From positions 10,168,001 through 10,232,000 of the forward strand of contig OZ038378.1 in assembly GCA_964036045.1 (NCBI GenBank): a stretch of DNA of 64,000 nucleotides, written 5' to 3'. Of this stretch, positions 53,116 to 64,000 are shown piece by piece. A program made the position numbers and the translations under genes. The notes under the pieces were generated by a model that was not told the DNA's origin, did not search any database, and worked only from the letters and a program-made list of their open reading frames with translations. Every line of letters begins with the position of its first letter. Position 1 is the first letter of the stretch. The stretch comes from Eutreptiella sp. 'Long Island Sound 2002' (lineage: Eukaryota > Protista > Euglenida).

Positions 53116-56100
53116 CGGTGGAGGCGGTGCGTGTCGCACAAACTCCGACCAGCAGCGGAAAGAGTTGGACGCCAAGAGAGGCTACGTCTAGCCACACGGG
53201 CAGACGACGACCCAGAGACTACCTCTTTGCAAGACGTCGTGGAGGACAACCACGACATGGAGTTAGGACAATAATGCTGACCGTTCGGGCAGTGGCATTG
53301 CTGCGTCCAAGGGCATGCACGAGTCGGTACAAACAGCCGCCGTGCTACGCGAGCCGGACACGTCCGCCGCGCGGGAAATCTTCAGGATTCCTCTTGTGCA
53401 TGCTGTGCCTTCTGCCACGGTGCTCTAACCGTAGACAATGTTGCCATACACCAGCCTTGAGTGCACGCAGGTGCCCCCCCACTGAGCTGACGAGAGAGGA
53501 CGCAATGAGAACCGCTCGGGCACGCAGCCCTGAAATGATGCTCCCCCTACCAGGGCTCTTACCACCCAGGACATGCGACTGCCGCCTGGACTGCCTATTC
53601 CTGATGACAGGTACTATGTTTTATTCCATGGGACGGTCGCACAAAAGGCGAAGGTCGGACTCCAGCAGCGAGGAGGGTGAACGCCAACATCGAAGGCGGC
53701 AGCAGCCGCAACAACACACCCACATCCATGTCCACGTCCACCAGCCCCAACAGCGACACCCAGATCGGTCGAAACGCCGCAGTGCACACCGAGAACGATG
53801 CAGGATTCAAGGCGAGACCAGACGGATGGAAAGCGCGCTGCGAGAGCTCGATGCCCAACAGGCAACTGAAGTCCAAGCAGCTCGGGAGGAGCAGCAGTCG
53901 GCCGCGCAGTACTCTGACAGGGCCCCTCTGATCCCGTTCCAGGCCAACCTGCCGAGACAAAGGCCACGGACACCCGGCTACGAGCAGGTGATGGCCCGCC
54001 CACCTCTACCCGGCTATGATGAGGTAGTGGGGATGACAGCAGACGAGGAAGAAGCAGAGCATGGCCCCAGCAGATCCGGACTCGCCAACCCGTACTCCCT
54101 GGAACAGCTGAGGGACATCTCGGCAGCGGTGCAGATGCAACCGGAACGGCCCACGGTGATCACCGATGTCCTGTACAAAACAGGCTCATACATAGCCTTG
54201 GCGCCGGAGCCCCATCTTGCGCTGCATCATCGCGATGATTGGGTCAGAGACTGGGCCACGGATGTCGGACACCAGCTGGGCTTTGACGACGCGCCAGAGC
54301 CCGACACGGTCAAGCAAGGGACCCATGCGGCGCCACGAAACTGGAGGCTGCGGCTGCGGGGAAGGAAACCCCAGGGACTTACTTTCGGCATCAGCTCCAA
54401 CGCCAAATATGGAGTGTCCCAGTACGCATGGGCCTCGGGCGCGGAATGGCTGATCAGCCGCATCCAAGCCCAAACAACAGCAGTGAGGCCGCCGTCACCG
54501 CCACCGGAGGACGAAGATGCCCAGCCGCCGGCATACGCGCCACGCCAAGAGTTTGTGGACCAGGTATGTGCAGACCTTGCTTGGCAGGTGCCTGAACGTG
54601 CGGTCCTCTCAGCAAGCGCTGATACATGCAGATACAGTACCCCCCTGCTCACACAAACTTGTCTTCTCACTTCCAGTGGCTCGACCCGGAATGGAAGCTG
54701 CAGCGAGGCTACCGAGACGGCAGATGACCGTGACCTGAAAATCCGTCAAGGCGCACCATCACCGCGGCCCATGCACACTCTCAACCCTGCCAGTGACGAG
54801 CAGGCCAGCATAGCTAAGACGGAGAGCTCCGCTAACCACCCAGCTAAGCCGTGCGCGAGATGGGAACGCCCGCCGCGTCACAGTGCCGAGAGACGGTCTG
54901 TGATGGCGAGAGCCGCCAGACTATTATGGACGAGTCGGGTAAGCCCGCCGTCCTCAGCAGCGGTGCCTGATGCACACCGCAATGCCAGTATTCACTGTCA
55001 CTGTTACCTCAGAGCTTCTCTTCCTGACCCCTCCAGCATGCCTAACCGCCTGGCCTGCCTTGTTCCTTTTCGCCCCCTGCCCCTGCTCCTGGATCAGTCA
55101 GATCAGAATCCCGCCCCAACGCAGTCGGCCCACAACTTGGCACAGCTGGCGCCACCTGACCAGTGGGCCGCGCTGCGTGTGCGCGCACACACACGCGCAC
55201 ACACGCATCCACACTGGAAGCGTGACCAGATCCTACGCTGTGGTGACGTGCACCCCAACCCAGGACCCACCTCTCTGGCACTCATCAACGTGACGGCCTT
55301 GCGAGCACACCACCATGAAGTGCTGGATTTGCAAGAGGACATCGTAGCACTCACGGAAACACGGCTCACGCAAGGGGCCCAGAATGCAATGGCCTTCATG
55401 GCAAGACAGAAGGGGTGGCAACCCTTTTGGGGAGCCCCCCTACTATCCAAGACAGGTGGCATTTGGGGAGCTGCCCCAGGAGGGGCGGCCCTTCTGGTAC
55501 GGGAAAAGTGGCCGGCAAAGCAAGCTCAGCGGGACCCGGGATGCACACTAAGTGAGGAACTGTGGAATTCAGGCAGGTGGCTGCACGTTATCGTGACCCC
55601 AGCGGATGGTAAACGCCCCCTAAACGTGATTGTGGTGTATGGGATCCCAGGAGACCACAAGCTAAATGGCAAGCTATGGGAGGCAGTGCTGACCCAAGTT
55701 GCAAAGCTGGGGAACTCCCCCTTTCTGATAGCCACGGATGCCAATGTCCAACTAGATCACTACCGCTGCATGCCCAACCTCATGATGACGGAGCTGCTGT
55801 CGGGGCGCATTGTGGATGTCGACCTCTTACATGCACGGACCACGGGACAGGACTGCCAGTGCTCGTACCACAATGGCTCCATCAAACAGAAACCAACCAG
55901 AATTGATGGTATTTTGGCAGATGCCAAGACGGCCAGTGCCATCATGAAAGTCTTGCCAACCGAAAGATGTTCCGTGCCTGGACACAAGCCGGTCACCTTC
56001 ACCTTCAATTTCAAGCAGTCTGCCCAGCGGGTTCTGAAGTTTGTGCGGTTACCACCCATGATACTAGCCCACCTGCAGAAACGCAAGCGGGACCAAATAG

Positions 56101-59100
56101 TGAAAGACGTCACCGAACCATACGTGGCGATATGGGAGAAAGTCCTAGACAATGAGGCGTCCACGGCAGATCAACTGTGGGACCTCTGGACATGGCTGGC
56201 TGAAGAAACCATGCTGGTCCTGACCATGGCACCGCCGCCAGCGGTCAGGACAGGAATATGCCAACTACCACTGGCTCCCCAAGAGTTGCCGAGAGGACGG
56301 GGAACCAAGAAGATGCTCAAGACGGTGGAGCTCACGCCGAAGCGCATGACGTCGTCAGGACTCCCGTGCACTGCACCAACCAAGGAGATGTCCGCCCTGC
56401 TGAGCGCCCTAGTGCCAGTGATGAAGTGGGCGGCAAGCAGGGAACAAGCCGTGGTCCCTGGTATGGGCCCCGTACCGCGAGAGGTCCTCAACAATTGGAA
56501 GGCGATACGCAGGAGGGCCCACCGCATTCTTCAGCTCATCTCCAAAGGGCAATGTGTAGCAGAGCACCAAGAACTACTGCGCACGGTGATGGAGGCTCCA
56601 GAAAGTGCACCCATGACCATCACCGACTTGGTCCGGCTCAGTGATAAGATTAAAATGCCGAGTAGGCGGCAACTGGCTCAAGAAGAGAAGAAGAGGCACC
56701 AAGATTGGAGAGAATGGATTGAGGAGACCTGGACCACATCACCTGGGAACGTGTACCAATGGATCAAAGAGGACAAGTACACGCCCACGGTCCTGATCCA
56801 GAAAGAGGACGGCACCTTGACTGGCAATGTGCCCGAAATGGACCTCGTGATACACCAGAAATGGGACCCGATAATGAGGCAGCACGCGGATCCGACGCTG
56901 CCGGAGCCGGAAACTGAACCCTTCTGGCGCAAGTTCGGCAAATATGTGGAGCATCACCAGATGGAATGTCAGCCCATCACCGCGGAGCGCCTCTGCCGTC
57001 AATTCAAGGACATGAAACGCGGCCGGGCCACAGGTCTAGACGGATGGACTGTTGTAGACATGCGGAACATGCCATGGCCGCTACTGCACATGCTGGCTCA
57101 GCTGTTAAACTGGGTTGAATCCCATGGCGTATGGCCTGAGCAACTTGCCACAGGGTACATTCCGCTGATCCCCAAAGGCGAGGGCAGTGAGCCGCTACAG
57201 CTCAGGCCGCTGTCGGTGCTGTCTGCGATTTATGGCGCCTAGTCCGGTATCCGACTCCGTGACTGCCTCATCTGGCAGGAGAAGTGGGTGCACCGAAATG
57301 CATTTGCCTTCAGGCCGCAGAAGAGCGCCCTGGACGCAGCAACTCTGCTGGCCGCCCTCATTGAGCGAGCACACCTACTGAAGCAGGCATTATCTGGCGC
57401 TGGCACTGACTATGTGAAGTGTTTTGATTTGATACCACAACAAATCTCCTTCCGGATGGCACGAGAGTTCGGCCTGGACCCCAAACCGCAGGCGGCATTG
57501 GAGGCCATGTATCAACAACTACACAGGGCGTTCAAAATAAACGGGGCGCTGGGCTCCTTTTTTCACGCCACGAACGGCGTACTGCAAGGGTGCGCCATGA
57601 GCGTACTCATGATCAACATGCTCACCACAGTTTGGATGCGTGCCGTGGACGAGCTGGAAGGAGCTATCTCAGTGACGGTACACAGCCTGCCGCCCATACC
57701 GCCCAAGCTGGAAGAGCCCAAGGAGCTGAGATACAGACGTAAACCCTCCCCGTCCACCGCGGTGTCCCGCTTTCGGCCATCACCGGCCCTGAGCAGGTGC
57801 GTTATGAAGACCTTCGGCTCGGGGATTGACCAGTTTGAATATTGGGAACACTCCAACCCCTGCACATGTGGCCATGGACCTCCACCTCCGCCTCAGCAAT
57901 CGCAGCCGCCACACCCCTCCTCCGCACCTGAGCCCGAACGCCATGGGCTGGTGGAAGAAGAAATGGCAGCATCGGGGGAGTCCCCGCCCCGCAGCCCAGT
58001 GAAGCTCAGGGGTGCTCAACCCCAGCCACAAGAGGCGGGCACGATCCAGGTCGGGTCCATGGGCTACGCAGATGACACGTATCCGCTGCGATCTGAGGGC
58101 CAATACATGGCGCCGGTGATGCAGCTCACTGATGAGTGGCTGGCTCTCACCCTGCAAAAAGTGAACCCCAAGAAGTCACTGTCCATACAAGTACGACAAT
58201 CCAAGGAAATTGCCCGCAAACACACGGTACTCCAAGGGATCTCACTCCCCCTCCAAGCTGAATTCCGCTCGCTGGGGGTGGGTATTCGTACCAGCCTGAC
58301 CAGGGGGACTGGCCCGCTCCTGAAAAAGAGGACATCCAAGGGGATACACCTGCTGTCCAGAGTGAGGGGTGCACAAGGGGGCTTCAGCCGGCGAACGCAC
58401 GTCATTGCCACTCTAGTACAAGCCGCAGCCCTATGGGGGACCCCGGGGGCGGAGGTATCCCGGAGGGATTTACAGAGTCTGGAGACGGCAGTGCTCCACA
58501 GTTTGTGGGGCACCTCGAGGCCAGGTAGGGCGAAGGAGATCATCTTCGTGCTGCTAGTACAGGGACACCGGGTGTCTCCTCACATGAAAACCACGTATGA
58601 CAGGGTATGTTGGCTCCTCGCGGTGGCGCGCACGCCAGGCACCCTTCAGGTTGTGGTGCAGTCGTGCATTGAAGCTCGGCAAGCACAGGTACGACCCACT
58701 ACATCAGGACCGGTTCAACGAGCCCTCCTGGAGTTGGAGAGCCTTGGCTGGAGGCAGGCGGATCATTGGTGGGTCTGGAATGTGCCCGGGGTGCCCGAAG
58801 AAATAGACATGACGCTCATAAATGAGGACAAATTCAAGCATATCCTGCGGGACTCCATCAGGCGGCGGGCCCTGCTCTCGCTGGAAGATCGTCGACCGCG
58901 ACAATTTCAAGGCATCTTAGGGGCCCTCGACAGGGAGGCATGTCAAGTCCTTCTATCAGAGGGCACAGAATTTGATAAGGCGCTGCTGCGGGGCTGGCTC
59001 ACAGGGGCGTTATGGACGGCTGCCAGGGCGCATGCGAGGGGCCTCAGGGCGACACCGCTATGCCCATACTGCTCGCGGCAACAAGAAGAAGACGACGAAC

Positions 59101-61817
59101 ACATCTTGTGGGCCTGCCCAGCCTGGGGCATACATCGATCCGGTGCCTGGCGCTCGCTTATGAGAACGGCGAGGGCCCTGGGGCTATCAGACCAGATCAG
59201 TAGTTGGCCCACGTGCTTACGGATCTGTGGCTTGATGCCGGAACACCTGTCGCACGGCATCCCCAAAGGTCAGGTGCACGACTTCATGTACGGTTTTCAT
59301 AGTATGGTGCTGCAAATTCTGCGGGCGCGGGCACACCGGGAAGATGTGCAGCTCTTTGACCAGCCTAAGACGAAACAAGGCAGAGGGTACCCATTCTGGC
59401 AGTTCATCGGGCCGCTACCGCGGCCGGAGCACAGGGAGAAGCTGCGGATTCGCCAACCCACAGCTCAAGAGTGGCGGTGGGACTCCGACTTTCGTGACGA
59501 TCTGCTACGATGGGTCAACGAGCTGGTCTGGATACCAAGGAAAGGGCAAGTCTCCTTCATGGAGCTGGCAATGGACTTTGAGTGCTTCGCGGCGCGCACC
59601 CTGCCGGCCTCACCCCTGGCTGTGTATCGGGCGACTGCCCTCCTGCTACCAGAAAGGGCAAGGGTCCTAAAGCTTGCCCTAGCGACCCTGCAAAAGCTGA
59701 GCGTGGCTGGGGCCGTGCTACCAGGTGGTGTGCTTACCAAATGCTCCTCCCTAGTCCCACTGGGGGCCCCCACAGTAGTGGGTGTGTCTGCGAGACCATA
59801 CTTCACACGGCGCCTGGACATGCTGAAACTCCTACAAAACCTGCAAGAGTACTGTGAGCTGCGCTGGACGGCTGTGCTACAGGCACCGCCCCCCTCACCG
59901 GACACGAGACGGAGAAATGCCCAGCGGGCCAAGGAACGGCGGGAAGCGATGGAGTCCAGCCCCAGCATCAGGGAGCGCATTCCCAAGCTCAAGTACACAT
60001 CGTCTCTGCTGCCTGCTATGCACACCCCCAGGCATCTCACCGGCAGAGGAGGAGGTAAGAAGAGCACCACTTTGTTTGCGGCTGACTACTTTCCAGCACA
60101 CCGCAACCCTGGAGCTCCCCCTACGCGGCCCTACCGGTTGCTCCGACCTGCCAAGCAGGCGGTCCCGCCTCCACCTGATGTAGCTGCAGTGGGCTCGAGT
60201 CCACAAGCGGCACTGCCGGCGGGGCGAGCGGCAGCGCCCAGCGATTTGTCTCAGCGCGTAGATGCGCTAACTCTCCCGGATGCACCTCTAGGATGGGCTC
60301 CGCCGTCGCCGTCGCCCCCGGTGCAGATGGAATACACCTCGGAGGAAGGGCCCTCTACCCCGGAGGTCTTCTCCTCGTCGTCCTCGTGGGAATCTGAGCC
60401 CATCAACACCGGGGGAAGCTACCGACGAGCGACAGCGGGGCCCAGAAGCGGCCCAGCGCGGTCCTCACCGCCACACGCAGTGCACCGCACACGCGCTCCC
60501 AGGGCCCGATCCGTTCACCGGTCAGGGAACCCGGCGCTGAGGAAGTCACGGCGTAGGGCACCACCTGCGCGGGTGCCCCGAGGGGTCAAAAGGCGGCAGT
60601 CGATCACAGAACAGCCGGGGAGCCCACAGCGCAAGCGACCCCAGCTACAGCAAGGGGATGCGCGGTCGCACACGGCCCTGGAGGCCCCAGACCGCCACGG
60701 GAGCCCAGCCGGAGCCCCCCTCCCCATGTCCAGGCATGCGCTCTCATACCTACAGCTCACAGGAGCTATCACTCCTGAGCGTGCGTCACGCATAGTGGTG
60801 GTAAGCACCCCAGAGGGGCAGCGCACCCCACTACCGACACGCAGCTCGGAGCAGCCTCCACACGAAAAGGGACGCGACATCCCCCCGGGGATAGCAAGGA
60901 TGTTGCAGCAGATCCGGATGCCCCCAGCAAGGCCACAACCGCTACAACCCCGAAAGGAACCACGGCCCAACGAGCGGACTTCACGCACCGCCGTCCTGCC
61001 CCCCGGCCCTCCGATGGGGTTCAACGTAACCAGCACCCCGTCTCCGCGGGTGCTGAGCAGGCCAGGGCAATTCTCGCCATCTCCGGCATGGTCGCCGGCG
61101 GTGACTTCCAGTTGGCACTCCGTGCGGCACGTGACCCCGGAGCATTGGTCGCCCGCATGCACACCAGGGGGGGGGTCTAACCGACAGCAGGATTCACCTC
61201 ACCTGCCCCCCGTCCTGCTGGCGCCCCTATTTGAGAGCGCAATGTCTACCCCGCGAAGGGACAGCACTCAGAGTGCGTCTGATGAGGACGTGCAATAGTA
61301 TGCCGTCCGGTGTTCTACCCCCCCCGATCTGCCCCCCACCCTGCTGGCGCCACTTTTTGAGAGCGTGATGTCTGCCTCACGAGCGGGCAGCACTCATCGT
61401 GAGTGCGATGAGGACATGGGTCAGTATGAAGTCCAGTACTCTACCCCACCCTCCGTGGGGGAGTGGCCCCCTAACCCCTTTACCTTTCCCTCTCTTCGCG
61501 GAGCACAGCGTCTCTGCACGGAATTGCCTGGCATGGCCCGACAGGGCCAGGGATGGGTTCGTGACCCCCATGCACGACACTCCACCATGCTGTACAGCAT
61601 GCAGGAAGGTGCTCTGTCTTCCAACAGCGCGGAGGGGCTCATGAAGCATGGACGGGCCTCACGTGAGGCAACCTAAAGGACGGAGGGGGGAGCCTCTTGT
61701 CATACAGGGCGGCAGCTCTCCAGAAACCCGCGCGATTTGCCCCTTGGGTGAGTCTGGGGGCTGGAATGGGTAGAAGCCCCATGGACTATTGCTCCTTAAT
61801 ATGATTTCCTTCCTTCC
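53116..61817 (+). mobile_element. Full-length APE-type non-LTR retrotransposon (LINE), ~8.7 kb
   Basis: 19-bp TSD TTGGTGTGCGCATTCAAGG (53097-53115 / 61818-61836). 3' (TTCC)n tail. APE, RT and CCHC motifs in one frame. Confidence 0.95.
53616..61676 (+). pseudogene. Retrotransposon polyprotein: unknown N-terminal domain, 2A-like peptide, APE endonuclease, reverse transcriptase, CCHC zinc finger, long C-tail; two in-frame TAGs
   Basis: APE: INVTAL, ALTETRL, GGAALLV, VYGIPG, ATDAN, RIDGIL, GHKPV. RT: ATGLDGW, LIPK, LRPLSVL, AFAFRP, TDYVKCFD, LQGCAMS, GYADD. Zinc finger: CPYC-x8-H-x4-C (CPYCSRQQEEDDEHILWAC). ORF-track pieces 53070-57242, 57288-61298 and 61365-61676 share one frame. The start codon is uncertain (ATG 53616 or 53628). 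Confidence 0.9.
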
Positions 61818-63131
61818 TTGGTGTGCGCATTCAAGGAGTGTTTTTTTTTTCAATAGGGAGCAAAGAGGAAATGGTCTGCAATTGGGCTTTGGCGAGCAAA
61901 ATAGGGAAAAGCGGGGGAACACAGGGGAATGGGGGAAAACAGGGGAAAACAGGGAAAAGCGCAAGAAAGACAAGGCGGGCGGGAATGGCCTAAAACTGCA
62001 TCCGTATGAACTGCAAGTGGTCCATAAATAATTTTTGGGGGAAAATCATTTTGGACCACCTTTTGACCAATATGTGACCCCGCTAATCCACCCAAGCACA
62101 TGCATGGCGTACCACCTCCTCGGTGCCAATGGGGCATTGAAGGGTGTTGGTGGTGTGGAAATAGCCTGCAAAAGTGCCCATTCATCATTGTTTATCACTA
62201 CAAGGGTGCCCAAGGCAATACATGGTTGATTTTGGCCATTTTTGATATCCAAAAGTGGTTCTTGAGATTGCTAGTCGGGTGTGAAAGCTATCAGACGGTG
62301 CCCTAAGGTGTTTCGTCATCATCTAGGTTGGTTCTAATGCAAATGGCTCCCTCCACAAACATCATTGACACCCAAAACAACCAAAAAAAAGCCTTTTTTT
62401 GCATTTTTTGAGAGATTTTGGAACCTAGATTTGCCACTTGCAACGCCCGTTGCTAGCCGCCATTGTTAAATTTCTGACTGAAACTTTGTGTGATTGTACT
62501 CCATACTCATTTATACTCCATACTCATTGCCCATTACTGAGATCCCCCTTCTAGTGAACCTTGCACAGGGTTCGGAGACTCGGGGCGGGGCCGCGCGCTC
62601 CCGCCCGTCAGATGGTTGTTCGACTTATACTGTGCCTGTGTCTTGAGGGCAGGGAGGATCAAGAGAACCAGCCAAACCTTGCACAGGGTTCGGAGACTCA
62701 ACACACTGCTCAACACAAGCTGAGATGAAAGTTACAAAGTGCCGATGATACCTCTAGAAAGTGTGCTGCGCGCAGCGGCACACCACCCCCAACCTCCCCG
62801 CCCCTAATGGGGATGAGGCTGCACTCTCACAAACCAGTCCGGGACTGCCAAGCTGTGCCCGGGCTGGCAGGGGTGAATGGACACCCGCCCTTCCTGATGC
62901 AGCAAGGCTTGCCCTTCCAACACTACACCATGGTGTACACCGTGCAATCTAACCGGCAGCAGCTGCGTGAGCACATAGGGCATGGCCAGGCAACCTCTGA
63001 GCAAACATAACCAAGGACAGCCGTGGTGCCTCTTGTTCTGTCGGCACTGAAGGCACTCTGCCACGTGTCCCTAGAGGAAGCAGCGGTGGGAATAAGTGCA
63101 CTTCAAGCCCAAGGGGTATGCTCCTAAATAT

Positions 63132-63172
63132 GCACACACACACACACACACACACACTCTCTCTCTCTCTCT
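63132..63172. repeat. (CA)n(CT)n microsatellite
   Basis: Directly visible. Confidence 0.9.
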
Positions 63173-64000
63173 GACAGTACCCCAAACTCACAGTATGTAT
63201 TCACCAAAATTTTGGCCAAATTCCAACCACCACGACGGATATCTAATTTGCACCCATTTCCTGCTTGCTTGCTGCTTACAGGGATAGCTCCACCCTACAT
63301 CCTAAAGAGGGTTATAAATTCTAACTGCTTCCACTAGCTCGTTGACCCTATCCCTAACATTAGGTATATATCTACCAACATACTGCATTCGGATTGAACT
63401 GAAGCAGACTAGCATGGGGTCATGACCATGCTGAATAACTCAAATTGTGCTGTCTTCCTAGTGTAGTTCCTCACCAAGCATTGTGTTGTTTCTGCCTTCT
63501 TCATGAAAATCTCTGCATTATTCATGCATAGTTCCTATCCTGTTGCACTTGCTGACTGAATTTGGGTCTCCTATATTGTATCTCCCCTGCTTTGTAGGCC
63601 TTTTGGAAAACATTCACTCATTCTTCGAAAGGATGCAAGCTCAGTCTGTCCAACAGTCTTGCATAAACCCAAGGTACCAATACAATTGACATTCAAGCAT
63701 AAGGCAGCACCAACCATCCCACCAGTGTGCTGCATTTCTTCACAGTGCGATGTGTTATCCGTGGGTCCAAGATGTGTTTCTTTGTTCATTATCTCTGCAA
63801 TGAAACAGATTTCTTTCTTCTTCACTGAGTGTTGCACAAACCTATCCATAACCTATGCGTAGTTCCAGTCTGATTTCTGAAAATCGTTACAGTTCGGAAT
63901 TACACCAATCCGACAGCTGCCACCCTCCCTCTGTGCCACTCCCTCCCATCCTCTCCCCCTCGCCCCCTTCCTGTCCAAAGTGCTCCTGCTTTTCAGGTGC

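Noticed and set aside
57240-57242. Stop-codon reassignment or programmed readthrough as the explanation for the in-frame TAG
   Set aside because: The host gene model ends in TAG. The position matches a conserved Trp (TGG>TAG), and the second TAG is a sense codon in copy A, so mutation is the simpler explanation.
61555-61586. GGGTTCGTGACCCCC...CCA in the LINE 3' region looks like a tRNA T-arm
   Set aside because: No cloverleaf or A-box; it lies within coding frame.

Overview
Eukaryotic, repeat-rich genomic DNA with many poly-C/G tracts and microsatellites. The organism looks like a euglenozoan-type protist, but that is an inference. Two things dominate the window. (1) One + strand gene of 20 exons (5248-40787). 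All 19 introns are GT-AG and the reading phases close consistently (7167 nt CDS, ~2388 aa). It encodes a polytopic membrane class III nucleotidyl cyclase with adenylyl-type specificity residues: a TmcB/TmcC-like N-terminal membrane region and TPR-like domain, four TM-ectodomain-TM modules (two of them a duplicated domain resembling bacterial chemoreceptor-type helical sensors), no recognisable PAS domain, a cyclase domain whose first metal-binding Asp is His, and a long low-complexity tail. (2) A cluster of three same-orientation insertions of one young APE-type non-LTR retrotransposon, each with its own target-site duplication (TSD) and (TTCC)n tail. One copy is full length at ~8.7 kb (53116-61817); two are 5'-truncated (48703-49465 and 52801-53068). 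The full-length copy is a single ~2700-codon frame: unknown N-terminal region, 2A-like GDVHPNPGP, APE endonuclease, RT carrying a ~125-aa insert between the QG and YADD motifs, CCHC finger and long C-terminal tail. It is broken by two in-frame TAGs. Also present: a hAT-type MITE with perfect TIRs and an 8-bp TSD, a hAT dimerisation-domain remnant, a TIR-bounded Tc2/pogo-like relic, decayed LINE fragments, a 350-bp tandem duplication and several satellites. All calls were made by eye, with no database searches.
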